A stretch of 64,000 nucleotides of DNA from Clostridium sp. CAG:914. Its GTDB lineage: Bacteria; Bacillota_I; Bacilli_A; RF39; UBA660. A model generated the notes under the pieces. It did no database searches and was not told where the DNA came from. It saw nothing but the letters and a program-made list of their open reading frames with translations. Location of the stretch: the NCBI GenBank assembly GCA_000437895.1, contig FR902162.1:68289-132288 (forward strand). Direction: 5' to 3'. Both the position numbers and the translations under genes were made by a program. Shown here one piece after another: positions 48,483 through 58,785 of this stretch (positions are counted from its first letter, which is position 1; the number at the start of each line of letters is the position of its first letter).

Positions 48483-49770
48483 ATTAGGTTTTTTGACAAA
48501 ATATTCGTTAGGAAAGAAAATAAAAAGTAAATGGTTTATTGTAGTAAATATAATCATATTATTAGTAATATCTGCACTTATAAATATGGATTCAATAATT
48601 AAATTATTTGGAGGAGACTTCAATAATAATGAAGAAATACTGATCATAGATAATATTGGTGTAATAGATACATTTAAAAATGTATATGAAATAAATAATG
48701 AATATCTAAAATCAGAAACAAAATATTCCATAGAAGAATATAAAGAAGGATATGATAGTGCTATAGAAGAAATAAAAGATACTGATAAAATACTTATTGT
48801 AATAGACAAAGATGAAACTAATTATATAACTTCTAAGTTAATAACTAATAGCAGTATGGATACGATAACTTATACTATAATATCTAATACTCTTGACAGT
48901 GTAAAAAGAGAAGAAGTATTAAAAAGTTATAATATAACAAAAGAAATGTATGAAAAAATAGAAAGTAAAGTAGAAGTTGAGAGAATAATATTAGATTCTG
49001 AAAATAAAGATGATAATATGTTAACCAATTTAGTTGTAACTATTATAACAATGCCATTTTTCTTCTTAACAGTTTATCTTGTACAAATGATTGGAGCAGA
49101 AATAAATGAAGAAAAAAGTACTAAAAGCATGGAAATAATTATATCAAACGTAAGTGCTAAAACACATTTTATCTCAAAAATAATATCTTCCAATGTATTT
49201 GTTCTAATTCAAGGAGCATTATTAATAATATATTGCATAATAGGAATTATAATAAGATACTTTGTAAGTGGAAGTATTATCAATAGTTTACCAGTTGAAT
49301 TGACCACTTTAGGTAGTACTTTATCATCAAGTGGAATAATGGATAATATAAAAATAGCATTACCTCTTATGTTATTGTTATTAATAATAACACTATTTGC
49401 ATATTCAATAGTAAGTGGAGTATTAGCATCCGTAACTACAAATATGGAAGATTATCAACAAATACAAACTCCAATAGTATTAATTCTATTAGCAGGATTT
49501 TATTTATCATCGCTAGCAAGTATATTTAAAGGGTCAATCTTTATTAAAGTAGCATCTTATTTACCATTTATATCGAGTTTATTAGCTCCAACAATGTATA
49601 CTCTTGGTGAGTTTAGCTTGTTTGATATGTTAATATCAATATTACTAATGGTCGTAACTATATTATTACTTATGAAATATGGATTTAGAATATATAAAGT
49701 TGGTATATTAAATTATTCAGATAATAACTTATGGAAAAAAATATTTAAATCAATGAAGGGAGAAAAATAA
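48475..49770 (+). CDS. ABC-2 family permease
   Basis: N-terminal TM, a large extracytoplasmic loop, then 5 C-terminal TM helices. Overlaps the ATPase gene. Confidence 0.65.
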   Translation: MNKLGFLTKYSLGKKIKSKWFIVVNIIILLVISALINMDSIIKLFGGDFNNNEEILIIDNIGVIDTFKNVYEINNEYLKSETKYSIEEYKEGYDSAIEEIKDTDKILIVIDKDETNYITSKLITNSSMDTITYTIISNTLDSVKREEVLKSYNITKEMYEKIESKVEVERIILDSENKDDNMLTNLVVTIITMPFFFLTVYLVQMIGAEINEEKSTKSMEIIISNVSAKTHFISKIISSNVFVLIQGALLIIYCIIGIIIRYFVSGSIINSLPVELTTLGSTLSSSGIMDNIKIALPLMLLLLIITLFAYSIVSGVLASVTTNMEDYQQIQTPIVLILLAGFYLSSLASIFKGSIFIKVASYLPFISSLLAPTMYTLGEFSLFDMLISILLMVVTILLLMKYGFRIYKVGILNYSDNNLWKKIFKSMKGEK

Positions 49771-50483
49771 TGAAAGGAACATACATTATAATAACATTTA
49801 AGGACGGAACTACTAAGACAATTTATACAGGAAAAAATAAAATAAAAGAAGCAGATGAACTTACTAAGAAATTTAATGGTCAAAATGAATTGATTGAATG
49901 GATAAATAGAGAACTGTTGATAAATAATCCTAAAATAGATCCTAATCGTGTAAAGTGTGTAACAATAGGACAAAAAAAACATGATAGCTATGACTTTGAT
50001 GGTAAAATTTCTCCAGTAATGTATGCTTATGATAAAATGGATATTTCTAAAATAAAGGAACTTGTTTTAAATTATATACTAGTATCTCCAAATGAAAGAA
50101 TAAAAATTTTTGGTATTCATTTTGTTCAAACTGATGCCATGTTAAACTATAGAGATGGATATAAAAATCTAGAAACACAAGATGTTATAAGAACAGTAGA
50201 AGCTTATTTTGCTCCATCTAAAAATGGAACTATACCATACAAGAAATATAGAGATAGTTATTTTAAATTAGTAGAACTTGGAATAATAAAACATGACAAT
50301 ACAAATACGATCAAAACACCTTCTATAGAAACTAATGATGAAATGTATAATTATGAAGATAGATTTTTTGATGGTGATATGTTAGACTTAGCATCATGTG
50401 AAGAAAATCAAATAGGGTTTGATGGATATGCCAATTACTTAGAAGGGATATATCCTGCCACATATACTAGAAGGAGAATATAA
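49770..50483 (+). CDS. Hypothetical protein
   Basis: ORF overlapping the permease stop. No recognisable motifs. Confidence 0.3.
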   Translation: MKGTYIIITFKDGTTKTIYTGKNKIKEADELTKKFNGQNELIEWINRELLINNPKIDPNRVKCVTIGQKKHDSYDFDGKISPVMYAYDKMDISKIKELVLNYILVSPNERIKIFGIHFVQTDAMLNYRDGYKNLETQDVIRTVEAYFAPSKNGTIPYKKYRDSYFKLVELGIIKHDNTNTIKTPSIETNDEMYNYEDRFFDGDMLDLASCEENQIGFDGYANYLEGIYPATYTRRRI

Positions 50484-50486
50484 TTT

Positions 50487-50792
50487 ATGATAGAAGTGAA
50501 AACACATAATTATACATTAGTATTAATGTTTAAAGATAAAAAAATAATAATCCCCCTAAATGTTAGAAATACAAATTATAACAACATAGAAAGTAATATC
50601 GTTGATAAATATAGAAGCATTGAAGAATTAAAAAAAGAATTTACCGAAAAATTCGATAATGAAGTAATAGATGTGTATATTGAAGAAGAAATCTATATTC
50701 TTTCTCCAGGAATTTCCACAGAAAAAAATATAAAACATTATTTAAACTTCAATAAAAGAAAAAATGAGCCAAGCTTACTTAAAAAGAGATAA
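50487..50792 (+). CDS. Hypothetical protein
   Basis: Small ORF tightly following the previous gene. Confidence 0.3.
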   Translation: MIEVKTHNYTLVLMFKDKKIIIPLNVRNTNYNNIESNIVDKYRSIEELKKEFTEKFDNEVIDVYIEEEIYILSPGISTEKNIKHYLNFNKRKNEPSLLKKR

Positions 50793-50797
50793 TAAAT

Positions 50798-51685
50798 ATG
50801 AAATTAATTAATGAATTTTTAGAATACTTAAAAGTAATAAAACATTATTCAGAAAAAACTATTATTAGTTATGAATTTGATATTTGTGAATTATACAATT
50901 ATTTTAAAAGTAAAAAAATAGATATAATAAACATAACAAGAAAAGATACAGAAGCATATTTGGAATTTCTCTATAGCTTAAAAATTGACAAGAATACAAT
51001 ATCAAGAAAATTAAGTAGTATAAGATCATTTTATAACTATTTAGTAAAAGAAGAAAAAGTATCATATAATTATTTTAATTTAATATCTAATCCCAAACAT
51101 AAAATAAGTTTACCAAACTATCTTAAAGATAAAGACTTAGATAAAATGTTTGAAGTACCAGATTTAACAACACCATTAGGACAAAGAAATAGATTAATAT
51201 TAGAACTATTATATGCAACAGGAATTAGGGTAAGTGAACTGGTGAACATTAAAATAAATGAAATTAATCGATATAATAGAACCATCAAAGTATTAGGTAA
51301 GGGAGAAAAAGAAAGAATAGTAGTGTATGGACATATGTGTGAAAACATAATGAATATGTATATAAAAGATGGAAGATGTCAATTGTTAAAAAATAAAAAT
51401 AACGATTATTTACTTCTTAATAAAAATGGCAATAATTTATCGACAAGAATGATAAGAAATATTTTAGATGATATAATGATAAAAAGTGGCATTAGAAAAC
51501 ATGTTCACCCACATATGTTAAGACATACATTTGCTACAGATATGTTAAATAATGGAGCAGATATTATTAGTGTTAAAGAATTATTAGGACATGAAAATGT
51601 TAATACAACAAGTATATATACTCATGTTACTAATGAGCAAATAAAAAAAGTATATGAATCTTGTCATCCAAGAGCAAAGGAGTAA
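50798..51685 (+). CDS. Tyrosine recombinase of XerC/XerD family
   Basis: R...HxxR...Y catalytic pattern (HMLRHTFATDML...LLGHENVNTTSIYTHV). Housekeeping context. Confidence 0.75.
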   Translation: MKLINEFLEYLKVIKHYSEKTIISYEFDICELYNYFKSKKIDIINITRKDTEAYLEFLYSLKIDKNTISRKLSSIRSFYNYLVKEEKVSYNYFNLISNPKHKISLPNYLKDKDLDKMFEVPDLTTPLGQRNRLILELLYATGIRVSELVNIKINEINRYNRTIKVLGKGEKERIVVYGHMCENIMNMYIKDGRCQLLKNKNNDYLLLNKNGNNLSTRMIRNILDDIMIKSGIRKHVHPHMLRHTFATDMLNNGADIISVKELLGHENVNTTSIYTHVTNEQIKKVYESCHPRAKE

Positions 51686-51688
51686 TAT

Positions 51689-52703
51689 TATGTCAAAATT
51701 ATATTTTAGATATGGATACAGTAAATCAGCAGCTATTTGTCAAATAGCTTATAATTATAACGAAAGAGGAATGGAAGTAGCTATAATTAATGCCAAAAAC
51801 AACGAAAAAATCAAATCAAAGTTAGCCAATTTAGAAAGAGACGTTAATGTCATTTTAGATGGCAATAGTCTATATAATAAAATAGACTTAAAAAAAATAA
51901 GTGCCGTCTTAGTAGATAATGCACAATACTTAAGTCAACCTTTAATAGAAGAATTATTTTATATAGCGAAATTAGAAAATATTCCTGTCATTGCTTTTGG
52001 TGAAAGAATATCGCAAGAAAAAACAAATGGTGCCATTAGATTAATGGAATTAGCTGATACGATTGAATCAATAGACAAAGTTAACAACAGAGGAAATGGA
52101 TCTTTAGAATATTACTATGGGGCAATGAACTGTAGTAAAACAGCTAATCTATTATATAAAAACGAACATTTAATTGAAGATGGTAATATAACATTACTAA
52201 TAAAGCCAAAGTTGGATAGAGATGAAAAATTAATTCAATCTAGAATAGGACTAGAAAAAGAAGCAGATATTATTGCAGATGAAAATACACCTCTGTATGC
52301 AACATTAAAATATAAAATAGAACATGATTATGTAAATTATATACTAGTAGATGAAGCACAATTCCTAACAGAAAGTCAAATTGATCAGTTGAAAAGAATT
52401 AGTGAAGAATATAAAGTAAGTGTTATATGTTATGGTTTAAAGACAGATTTTTTATCTCATGCATTTACAGGAAGCAAAAGGCTCCTAGAAGTAGCAGATA
52501 CAATTACAAAAATGAGAACCGTTTGTAGATGTGGAAAAGGAGCAGACTTTAATGTACGAATTGATAAGAATGGTAATTACGTAAAAGAAGGAGAACAATT
52601 AGTTATTGATGATGGGGTGACTTACACATATGTATCTGTATGTGCCAACTGTTTTATAAAAAATGTTTTAGGTAATCCCCAAATAACAAGAGTAAAAAAA
52701 TAA
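51689..52703 (+). CDS. tdk: Thymidine kinase with tandem duplicated TK domain (N-terminal pseudo-TK plus C-terminal TK with Zn ribbon)
   Basis: N-half LYFRYGYSKSAAICQIAYNYNERGMEVAI aligns with E. coli TK [32 protein letters not shown]. C-half has YYYGAMNCSKTANLL, ILVDEAQFL, VICYGLKTDF and a CRCG...CANC zinc ribbon. Confidence 0.7.
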
Positions 52704-52811
52704 AATTAGAAAATTCTATTAACACATTGATTTTTTTTACTTTGTTTTTTTCTGCGTATTCATAGACTTATCTCATTAATTTTGGTATAATTACTATATG
52801 GGGAGGACACA

Positions 52812-53900
52812 ATGTATAATAAAGCATTAGAAGTATTAAACATATTTTATGAACATGGTTATGTTGCTTATATAGTTGGAGGCTATCCAAGAGATAGTAT
52901 TCTAGAAATAAAAACATCTGATATTGATATATGTACTGATGCTAGACCCAAGGAAATAATGGAAATATTTGCCTCACAAGCTGTTAGTGATGTTAGCTAT
53001 GGTTCCGTAAAAGTAATATATAAAAATAGTAAATTTGATGTTACTACTTTTAGAAAAGATATAAAATATGTAGACAATAGAAGACCTATTAAAATTAAAT
53101 ATATAAATAATTTAAAAAAAGATTTATTAAGAAGAGACTTTACAATTAATACAATATGTATTGATAAAGATGGTAATATAATAGACCTTCTTAATGCAAG
53201 AAGCGATATAAATAAAAGACTTATTAGAACAGTAGGAAATCCTAGATATAGAATTAAAGAAGATTCACTAAGAATTCTTAGAGCCATAAGGTTTGCTTCC
53301 ATACTTGATTTTGATATTGATGATAAAACAGGATACTATTTAGCAAAATATGGATGTTTGTTAAATAATTTATCTAAAGAAAGAAAAAAAGAAGAATTAA
53401 ATAAAATATTTTCATCACGGGGAAAAGAAAAAGGAAGAAAATTAATACTAAAATATAAATTAGAAAAGTATTTAAATATTGATAATATAGCTAATATTGT
53501 TATGTGTGATGATATTATAGGAATATGGACTCAATTAAATGTTGAAAATATATATAATTTTTCTAAACTAGAAAAAGAACAAATGAAATTAATAAGGGAA
53601 TTAATGTCAAGACCTATGGATAAATATAATATATATAAATATGGTCTATATATTTCAATGGTAGTTTGTGAAATAAAAGGATATGACAAAGTTAAAGTAA
53701 ACAATATATATAATAAATTGCCTATTCTAAACAAAAGTGATATATGTATTAGTGCAAACGATATAGCCAAAATATTAAATAGAAGACCGGGAGCGTATTT
53801 AAAAGAAATACTTAAAGATATAGAAAAAGAAATACTTAAAGATAAGTTAGATAATACAAAGGAAGATATAGAAAGATATATAATAGAAAAATACAATTAA
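52812..53900 (+). CDS. cca: CCA-adding enzyme / polyA polymerase-family tRNA nucleotidyltransferase
   Basis: GGYPRDSIL...DIDICTD nucleotidyltransferase motif. Upstream extended -10 TGgTATAAT. Confidence 0.8.
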   Translation: MYNKALEVLNIFYEHGYVAYIVGGYPRDSILEIKTSDIDICTDARPKEIMEIFASQAVSDVSYGSVKVIYKNSKFDVTTFRKDIKYVDNRRPIKIKYINNLKKDLLRRDFTINTICIDKDGNIIDLLNARSDINKRLIRTVGNPRYRIKEDSLRILRAIRFASILDFDIDDKTGYYLAKYGCLLNNLSKERKKEELNKIFSSRGKEKGRKLILKYKLEKYLNIDNIANIVMCDDIIGIWTQLNVENIYNFSKLEKEQMKLIRELMSRPMDKYNIYKYGLYISMVVCEIKGYDKVKVNNIYNKLPILNKSDICISANDIAKILNRRPGAYLKEILKDIEKEILKDKLDNTKEDIERYIIEKYN

Positions 53901-53910
53901 GGTGACTAAC

Positions 53911-54879
53911 ATGAAATTATTTGATAAAATTAAAAACGTTTTTAAAGGAAACAAAGAAGAAACAGTATTAAATTATGATAAGGGATTAAAGAAAACAAGA
54001 GAAGAATTTATTTCAGAACTTAGTAACTTATCAAAAAAATATAAATTCATTAATGAAGATTATTTTGAAGAATTAGAAAATATTTTGATTATGGCAGACA
54101 TTGGTGTATCTACAGTTATGAATTTTGTAGACTTACTAAAAAAGAGAGTTAAAAAAGAAAATATAGAAGATACTAATGTCTTAAAAGAAATCATAGTAGA
54201 TGAATTATTTATTATGTATGTTGGTAATGATATTATTGATAGTAAAATTCATTTTAATAGTGATGGTCCTACCATTATTTTGTTCGTAGGAGTTAATGGG
54301 GTAGGAAAAACAACTACTATTGGTAAAATAGCTAATAAATATAAAAGTTTAAATAAAAAAGTTTTATTAATAGCAGGTGATACTTTTAGAGCAGGAGCTA
54401 TAGAACAATTAGTAGAATGGGGAAAAAGAACGGATACAAAAGTTATCACACCTGTAAGTGCAGACCCATCTTCAGTTATTTATGATGGGTTAGATATTGC
54501 CAAAAAAGAAAATTATGATCTTGTATTGATAGATACAGCAGGAAGATTACAAAATAAAACAAACTTAATGCAAGAACTATCTAAAATTAATAAAGTAATT
54601 GAAAAAGTAATGGGACATAGTTGTGATGAAACACTCTTGGTAATAGACGCTACAACTGGACAAAATGGTGTTAATCAAGCCAAAGCATTCAAAGAAATTA
54701 CAAACATTACTGGAATAGTATTAACTAAATTAGATGGTACAGCCAAAGGAGGAATTGTTCTTGGAATAAAAGAAACACTTGGAATACCTGTCAAATTTGT
54801 AGGACTAGGTGAAGGCATTAATGATCTTGAGCCATTTGATATAGAAAAATATATATATGGATTATTTAAAGATCTTTAG
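53911..54879 (+). CDS. ftsY: Signal recognition particle receptor FtsY
   Basis: SRP GTPase G1 GVNGVGKTTTIGK, DTAGR, TKLDGTAKGG. Confidence 0.9.
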   Translation: MKLFDKIKNVFKGNKEETVLNYDKGLKKTREEFISELSNLSKKYKFINEDYFEELENILIMADIGVSTVMNFVDLLKKRVKKENIEDTNVLKEIIVDELFIMYVGNDIIDSKIHFNSDGPTIILFVGVNGVGKTTTIGKIANKYKSLNKKVLLIAGDTFRAGAIEQLVEWGKRTDTKVITPVSADPSSVIYDGLDIAKKENYDLVLIDTAGRLQNKTNLMQELSKINKVIEKVMGHSCDETLLVIDATTGQNGVNQAKAFKEITNITGIVLTKLDGTAKGGIVLGIKETLGIPVKFVGLGEGINDLEPFDIEKYIYGLFKDL

Positions 54880-54887
54880 GAGGAAAT

Positions 54888-55133
54888 ATGGAAAAAAAAA
54901 TAGAAAAAATATTTTGTTACATGGTATCAATTATTGTTTTAGTATTAATAATACTTACTATTAAAAAGATAATATTTTTACCAGCCTTACTTTTAATGAC
55001 TTCTTTATTACTTTTTGGATTATCTTATACAATTCGAGATAGTAAGAAAAAATGGTTAATATATACACTATTTATTATAGGAGTAATACTTGTTATATCA
55101 GCAATCAGTTATTTAATATGGAGATTAATATAA
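54888..55133 (+). CDS. Small membrane protein (2-3 TM)
   Basis: Strong RBS AGGAGG. Hydrophobic 81-aa product. Confidence 0.4.
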   Translation: MEKKIEKIFCYMVSIIVLVLIILTIKKIIFLPALLLMTSLLLFGLSYTIRDSKKKWLIYTLFIIGVILVISAISYLIWRLI

Positions 55134-55429
55134 TGGAAAGTAGAAATTATATAATAATACTTTATGACTTTTATAACATATTATTTAGTGATAAGCAAAA
55201 ATTATATTTTGAAGAATATTATTTTAATAACTTATCTCTAGGAGAAATTAGTGATAATTATTCGCTAAGTAGAAATGCTATTCATAAAATAATAAAAAGT
55301 ATGGTAGAAAAGTTAGAGTATTATGAAGATAAACTTAAATTATATGAAAAAAGTATTGAATTAACCAAGATTATTGATACTTTGGATAAAGATACAAAAG
55401 AAAAAATAAGTAAATTATATTTGGAGTGA
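55133..55429 (+). CDS. ylxM: YlxM/UPF0122 putative DNA-binding protein (normally precedes ffh)
   Basis: LYDFY..LF...Q..YFE.YY..NLSLGEI pattern of UPF0122. Located after ftsY as in B. subtilis. Confidence 0.6.
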   Translation: MESRNYIIILYDFYNILFSDKQKLYFEEYYFNNLSLGEISDNYSLSRNAIHKIIKSMVEKLEYYEDKLKLYEKSIELTKIIDTLDKDTKEKISKLYLE

Positions 55430-55433
55430 TCAT

Positions 55434-55592
55434 ATGAATTTAAAATTAGAAAATAGAAAGTTACCAGAAAAACCATATAAAGAAAAAAAAGAGTATTCAT
55501 ACGGATACGCCAGTATATTATATTTAATGTCTCTAGTAGTTACAATATTAAGTTTAGTATTAATAATAATGATTTTTACAAGGGGAAAATAA
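55434..55592 (+). CDS. Small hydrophobic peptide (52 aa)
   Basis: RBS GGAGTGA followed by ATG. Single TM. Confidence 0.25.
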   Translation: MNLKLENRKLPEKPYKEKKEYSYGYASILYLMSLVVTILSLVLIIMIFTRGK

Positions 55593-55593
55593 T

Positions 55594-56487
55594 ATGAATG
55601 AAAGTATATTAGAAAAAATTGGTGAAAATTTAACAGAAGTTAAGTATCTAGTAAATCCTGCAATTGCTCGTGATAAAGAACTAAAAGAACTAGTTATGGT
55701 TCTACTCACTCCAGAAAAGTCAGCAGTTTTAGTAGGAAAACCAGGTATTGGTAAAACAGCAATCGTAGAAGGTTTAGCCTACAGAATACAATTAAATGAT
55801 GTTCCTAATGCTCTAATGGGATACCAACTATATAGAATTAATACCCCATCATTATTGGGAGACTATGATGGTGAAAATAGAGTAGTATCTTTAGTTAATG
55901 AATTAAAAACAAAAGAAAAAATCATAATATTTATTGATGAAATACATACATTAATAGGTAATAATGCAGAAGGAGCATTAGACCTCGCCAATATGTTTAA
56001 AGAAGGATTAAGTAGAGGAACAATTAAACTTATCGGAGCTACAACTGATTATGAGTATGAAAGATATATATTAAGAGATAAAGCTTTCGTTAGAAGATTT
56101 GAAAAAATCGAAATAGAAGAACCGACACAAGAAATGTGTGTACAAATACTTATGAGAACAGTACCAAAAATAGAAGTTCAAACAGGAGTTAAATTACCTT
56201 ACAGTGATTTTACCAAAGAAAAAATAATGACATTTATCGTAGATATGACAAGTGAATATAAAAGAGTTTATGAAATATCTTCTAGATACCCGGATATTGC
56301 ATTAACTATATTAAGACAAGCATTTTCACAAGCTCTATATGAAAATAGAACAACTGTAGGAATGAAGAATATATATGATGCTATCAGTTCAACAAAAGCT
56401 GTATATCCAGATGTTATAAAAAAAGAGCTTGTTAAGTTTAAAGAAATATTTGCTAAAGAACTTCTTGAAGAAGGAGTAAATATTTAA
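55594..56487 (+). CDS. Stand-alone Clp/Hsp100 D1-type AAA+ module (no N-domain, no D2)
   Basis: [22 protein letters not shown] aligns with ClpA/B/C D1 Walker A ([20 protein letters not shown]). Walker B [12 protein letters not shown]. Sensor LIGATT..EY...I..D.A..RRF. Confidence 0.6.
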   Translation: [297 protein letters not shown]

Positions 56488-56500
56488 TTAAGGAGGAACT

Positions 56501-57961
56501 ATGGAATTAAAAAAAATACTTTCAGGTATTAAATATGAACTCGTAAATGGAACAGATGATATAGATATAAAAGATATATCACAAAATTCAAATAATATAA
56601 AAGAAGGGTATTTATTCGTAGCTATTAAAGGAAGTAATGTAGATGGACACAATTATATAGATAGTGCTATTAAAAATGGTGCAAAAGCTATAATCGTAGA
56701 AAATGATTATTCCAACAAAGATATAACAGTCATTAAAGTATCATCTACAGAAGAAATTTTTTGCAAATTAGCAATTAATTATTTTAACAATCCAATAAGC
56801 AAATTAACATCTATTGCTATTACGGGAACTAAAGGAAAAACATCAACTGCTTTTATGATTAAAACAATTCTTGAAAAAAATGGTAATACAGTAGGAATTA
56901 TTGGAACAAATGGAGTTTATATTAAAGACAAACACTATAAAATAATTAATACAACACCAAATGGATATGATATACAAAAATATATACAAGAAATGCTTGA
57001 TAATAAAATAGAATACCTAGTTATGGAAGTATCTAGTCAAGCTTTAAAATATGGAAGAGTAAAAGGAATGAATTTTGATTATGGTATATTCACTAATTTA
57101 TCAAAGGACCATATAAGTAAAACAGAACACTCTAGTATGGAAGATTACATAGAAAGTAAAAGTAAATTATTTGATATGTGTCATCATGGTATATTTAATT
57201 TAGATGATGAGCATGTCTTTAATATGATAGATAAGAAAAGTTCCACAATTAATACTTATGGATATAATGAAAAAAGTGATTTAAGAATTACAGATATAAA
57301 ATATATTAAATATGATCATTTTTTAGGAATTGAATTTAAAACAGATGGATTAATCAAAGATACATTTAAAGTTAGTAGTCCAGGTAAATTTTCTTCATAT
57401 AATGCCCTCGCAGCAATATTATGTACATACATGTTAGGAGTTACTCCAAACGTTATAAAAAGTGCTTTAGTTAATTTCTTCGTAAAAGGGAGAGTAGAAC
57501 CTATAAAAGTATCTGATAAATTTAATTTAATAATAGATTATGCACATAATGGAATAAGTACAGAAAGTCTAATAACAACAATAAGAGAATATAACCCTAA
57601 AAGAATAGTGACTATATTTGGTTGTGGTGGAAATAAAAGTGTAGATAGAAGATATGAAATGGGGCATGTAAGTGGAACATATTCCGACTTTTCTATCGTA
57701 ACCGAAGATAATAATAGATTTGAACCATTTGAAGATATTGCAAGAGATATATTAAAAGAGTTAGATAAAACAGGTGGAAAATATATTGTTATACCAGATA
57801 GAAAAGAAGCTATAAAATATAGTATAGAACATGCTAAAGAAGGAGATGTTATACTTCTAATAGGCAAAGGACATGAAGATTATAAGGAAATAAATGGTAA
57901 AAGAACACATTTTGACGAAAGAGAAGTAATTCAAGAAATCTTAGAAGAATTAAAAAAATAA
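56501..57961 (+). CDS. murE: UDP-N-acetylmuramoyl-tripeptide synthetase (MurE)
   Basis: Mur ligase P-loop ITGTKGKTST and C-terminal DNNR(F)E region. Confidence 0.8.
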   Translation: MELKKILSGIKYELVNGTDDIDIKDISQNSNNIKEGYLFVAIKGSNVDGHNYIDSAIKNGAKAIIVENDYSNKDITVIKVSSTEEIFCKLAINYFNNPISKLTSIAITGTKGKTSTAFMIKTILEKNGNTVGIIGTNGVYIKDKHYKIINTTPNGYDIQKYIQEMLDNKIEYLVMEVSSQALKYGRVKGMNFDYGIFTNLSKDHISKTEHSSMEDYIESKSKLFDMCHHGIFNLDDEHVFNMIDKKSSTINTYGYNEKSDLRITDIKYIKYDHFLGIEFKTDGLIKDTFKVSSPGKFSSYNALAAILCTYMLGVTPNVIKSALVNFFVKGRVEPIKVSDKFNLIIDYAHNGISTESLITTIREYNPKRIVTIFGCGGNKSVDRRYEMGHVSGTYSDFSIVTEDNNRFEPFEDIARDILKELDKTGGKYIVIPDRKEAIKYSIEHAKEGDVILLIGKGHEDYKEINGKRTHFDEREVIQEILEELKK

Positions 57962-58014
57962 ATCTATAGTAATTAATTTATGTATTATTTTTGAAGAAAA
58001 TTCACTAAAAACTC

Positions 58015-58041
58015 TTTACATTTTATCAAATTGTTATATAA
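58015..58041 (+). promoter_or_regulatory. Sigma-A-type promoter for the T-box leader
   Basis: TTTACA at 58015-58020, about 15 nt spacer, TATAAT at 58036-58041. Confidence 0.45.
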
Positions 58042-58044
58042 TGT

Positions 58045-58256
58045 AACTATACAGAAAGAAAAACTGTGAAAAGGACACGATTATATATTGATGTTTTATA
58101 GAGAGTTAGTGTTTGGTGAAAACTAATAAACAAGATATGTAATTACTACCTTGGAGTTAATCATGAAAAGTGATTCGGTTAAACCCGTTATTTAAATTAA
58201 GTATCAATTAGGATGGTACCGTGTTAATGACACTCCTTTATAAGGGGTGTTTTTTG
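58045..58256 (+). ncRNA. T-box riboswitch leader, probable Thr (ACU) specifier
   Basis: Stem I AGAGAG element. Candidate specifier GAAAACUAA. T-box sequence AATTAGGATGGTACCGTG (consensus AAnnnGGGTGGnACCGCG) overlaps the 5' arm of the terminator hairpin ACACTCCTT-tat-AAGGGGTGT plus T7. Confidence 0.7.
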
Positions 58257-58321
58257 TTTGAATACTTTATTAATGTTGAGTTTAATAATGTAAAATAATA
58301 TTAAAAATAAGGAGTAGTATT

Positions 58322-58780
58322 ATGGAAAGTATGTCATTAATAAAATATTTAAGAATATATTATGGGGTAAATATAAGTAAAAAAAATGGAAAATTAACAC
58401 ATAATCTTATAAAGAAAAATATGCCATTTGTTAAAAGATGCAACTTTGATTATTCATTATCAAATAGGGATATGCTCATGTGTGGAGAAATTGTAATGGT
58501 GTATGATGATACAGGAGCAGTATTGCCATATATAGTACCAGAAGAGAGGTATGTTACCTATTGTCAAGAAACAGAGGTAAAAGAAGAATCACCTCGCAAA
58601 TATATGTCGCTGGAAGAAGCTAAAGAATTACCGGATCACTTACTAATTAAAGAACTACATAACTCAAAACCTATGATAAGTAGATATAAAAAATTAAGAG
58701 AAGAACTTTTATATGAAAGAGGTCATGCTAAAGCTAAAGGATATAAAAGTAGAAAAAGAAAATTAGAAGGAAGGGAATGA
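58322..58780 (+). CDS. Hypothetical basic protein, first gene of the T-box-controlled thrS operon
   Basis: Strong RBS AAGGAG. Product is Lys/Arg-rich at the C-terminus. No recognisable motifs. Confidence 0.4.
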   Translation: MESMSLIKYLRIYYGVNISKKNGKLTHNLIKKNMPFVKRCNFDYSLSNRDMLMCGEIVMVYDDTGAVLPYIVPEERYVTYCQETEVKEESPRKYMSLEEAKELPDHLLIKELHNSKPMISRYKKLREELLYERGHAKAKGYKSRKRKLEGRE

Positions 58781-58785
58781 TATAA

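Noticed and set aside
50798-51685. Phage integrase / mobile element boundary
   Set aside because: Tyrosine recombinase motifs are present, but the gene sits between housekeeping genes (ABC exporter, tdk, cca, ftsY) with no flanking direct repeats, tRNA or phage genes. More likely chromosomal XerC/XerD.
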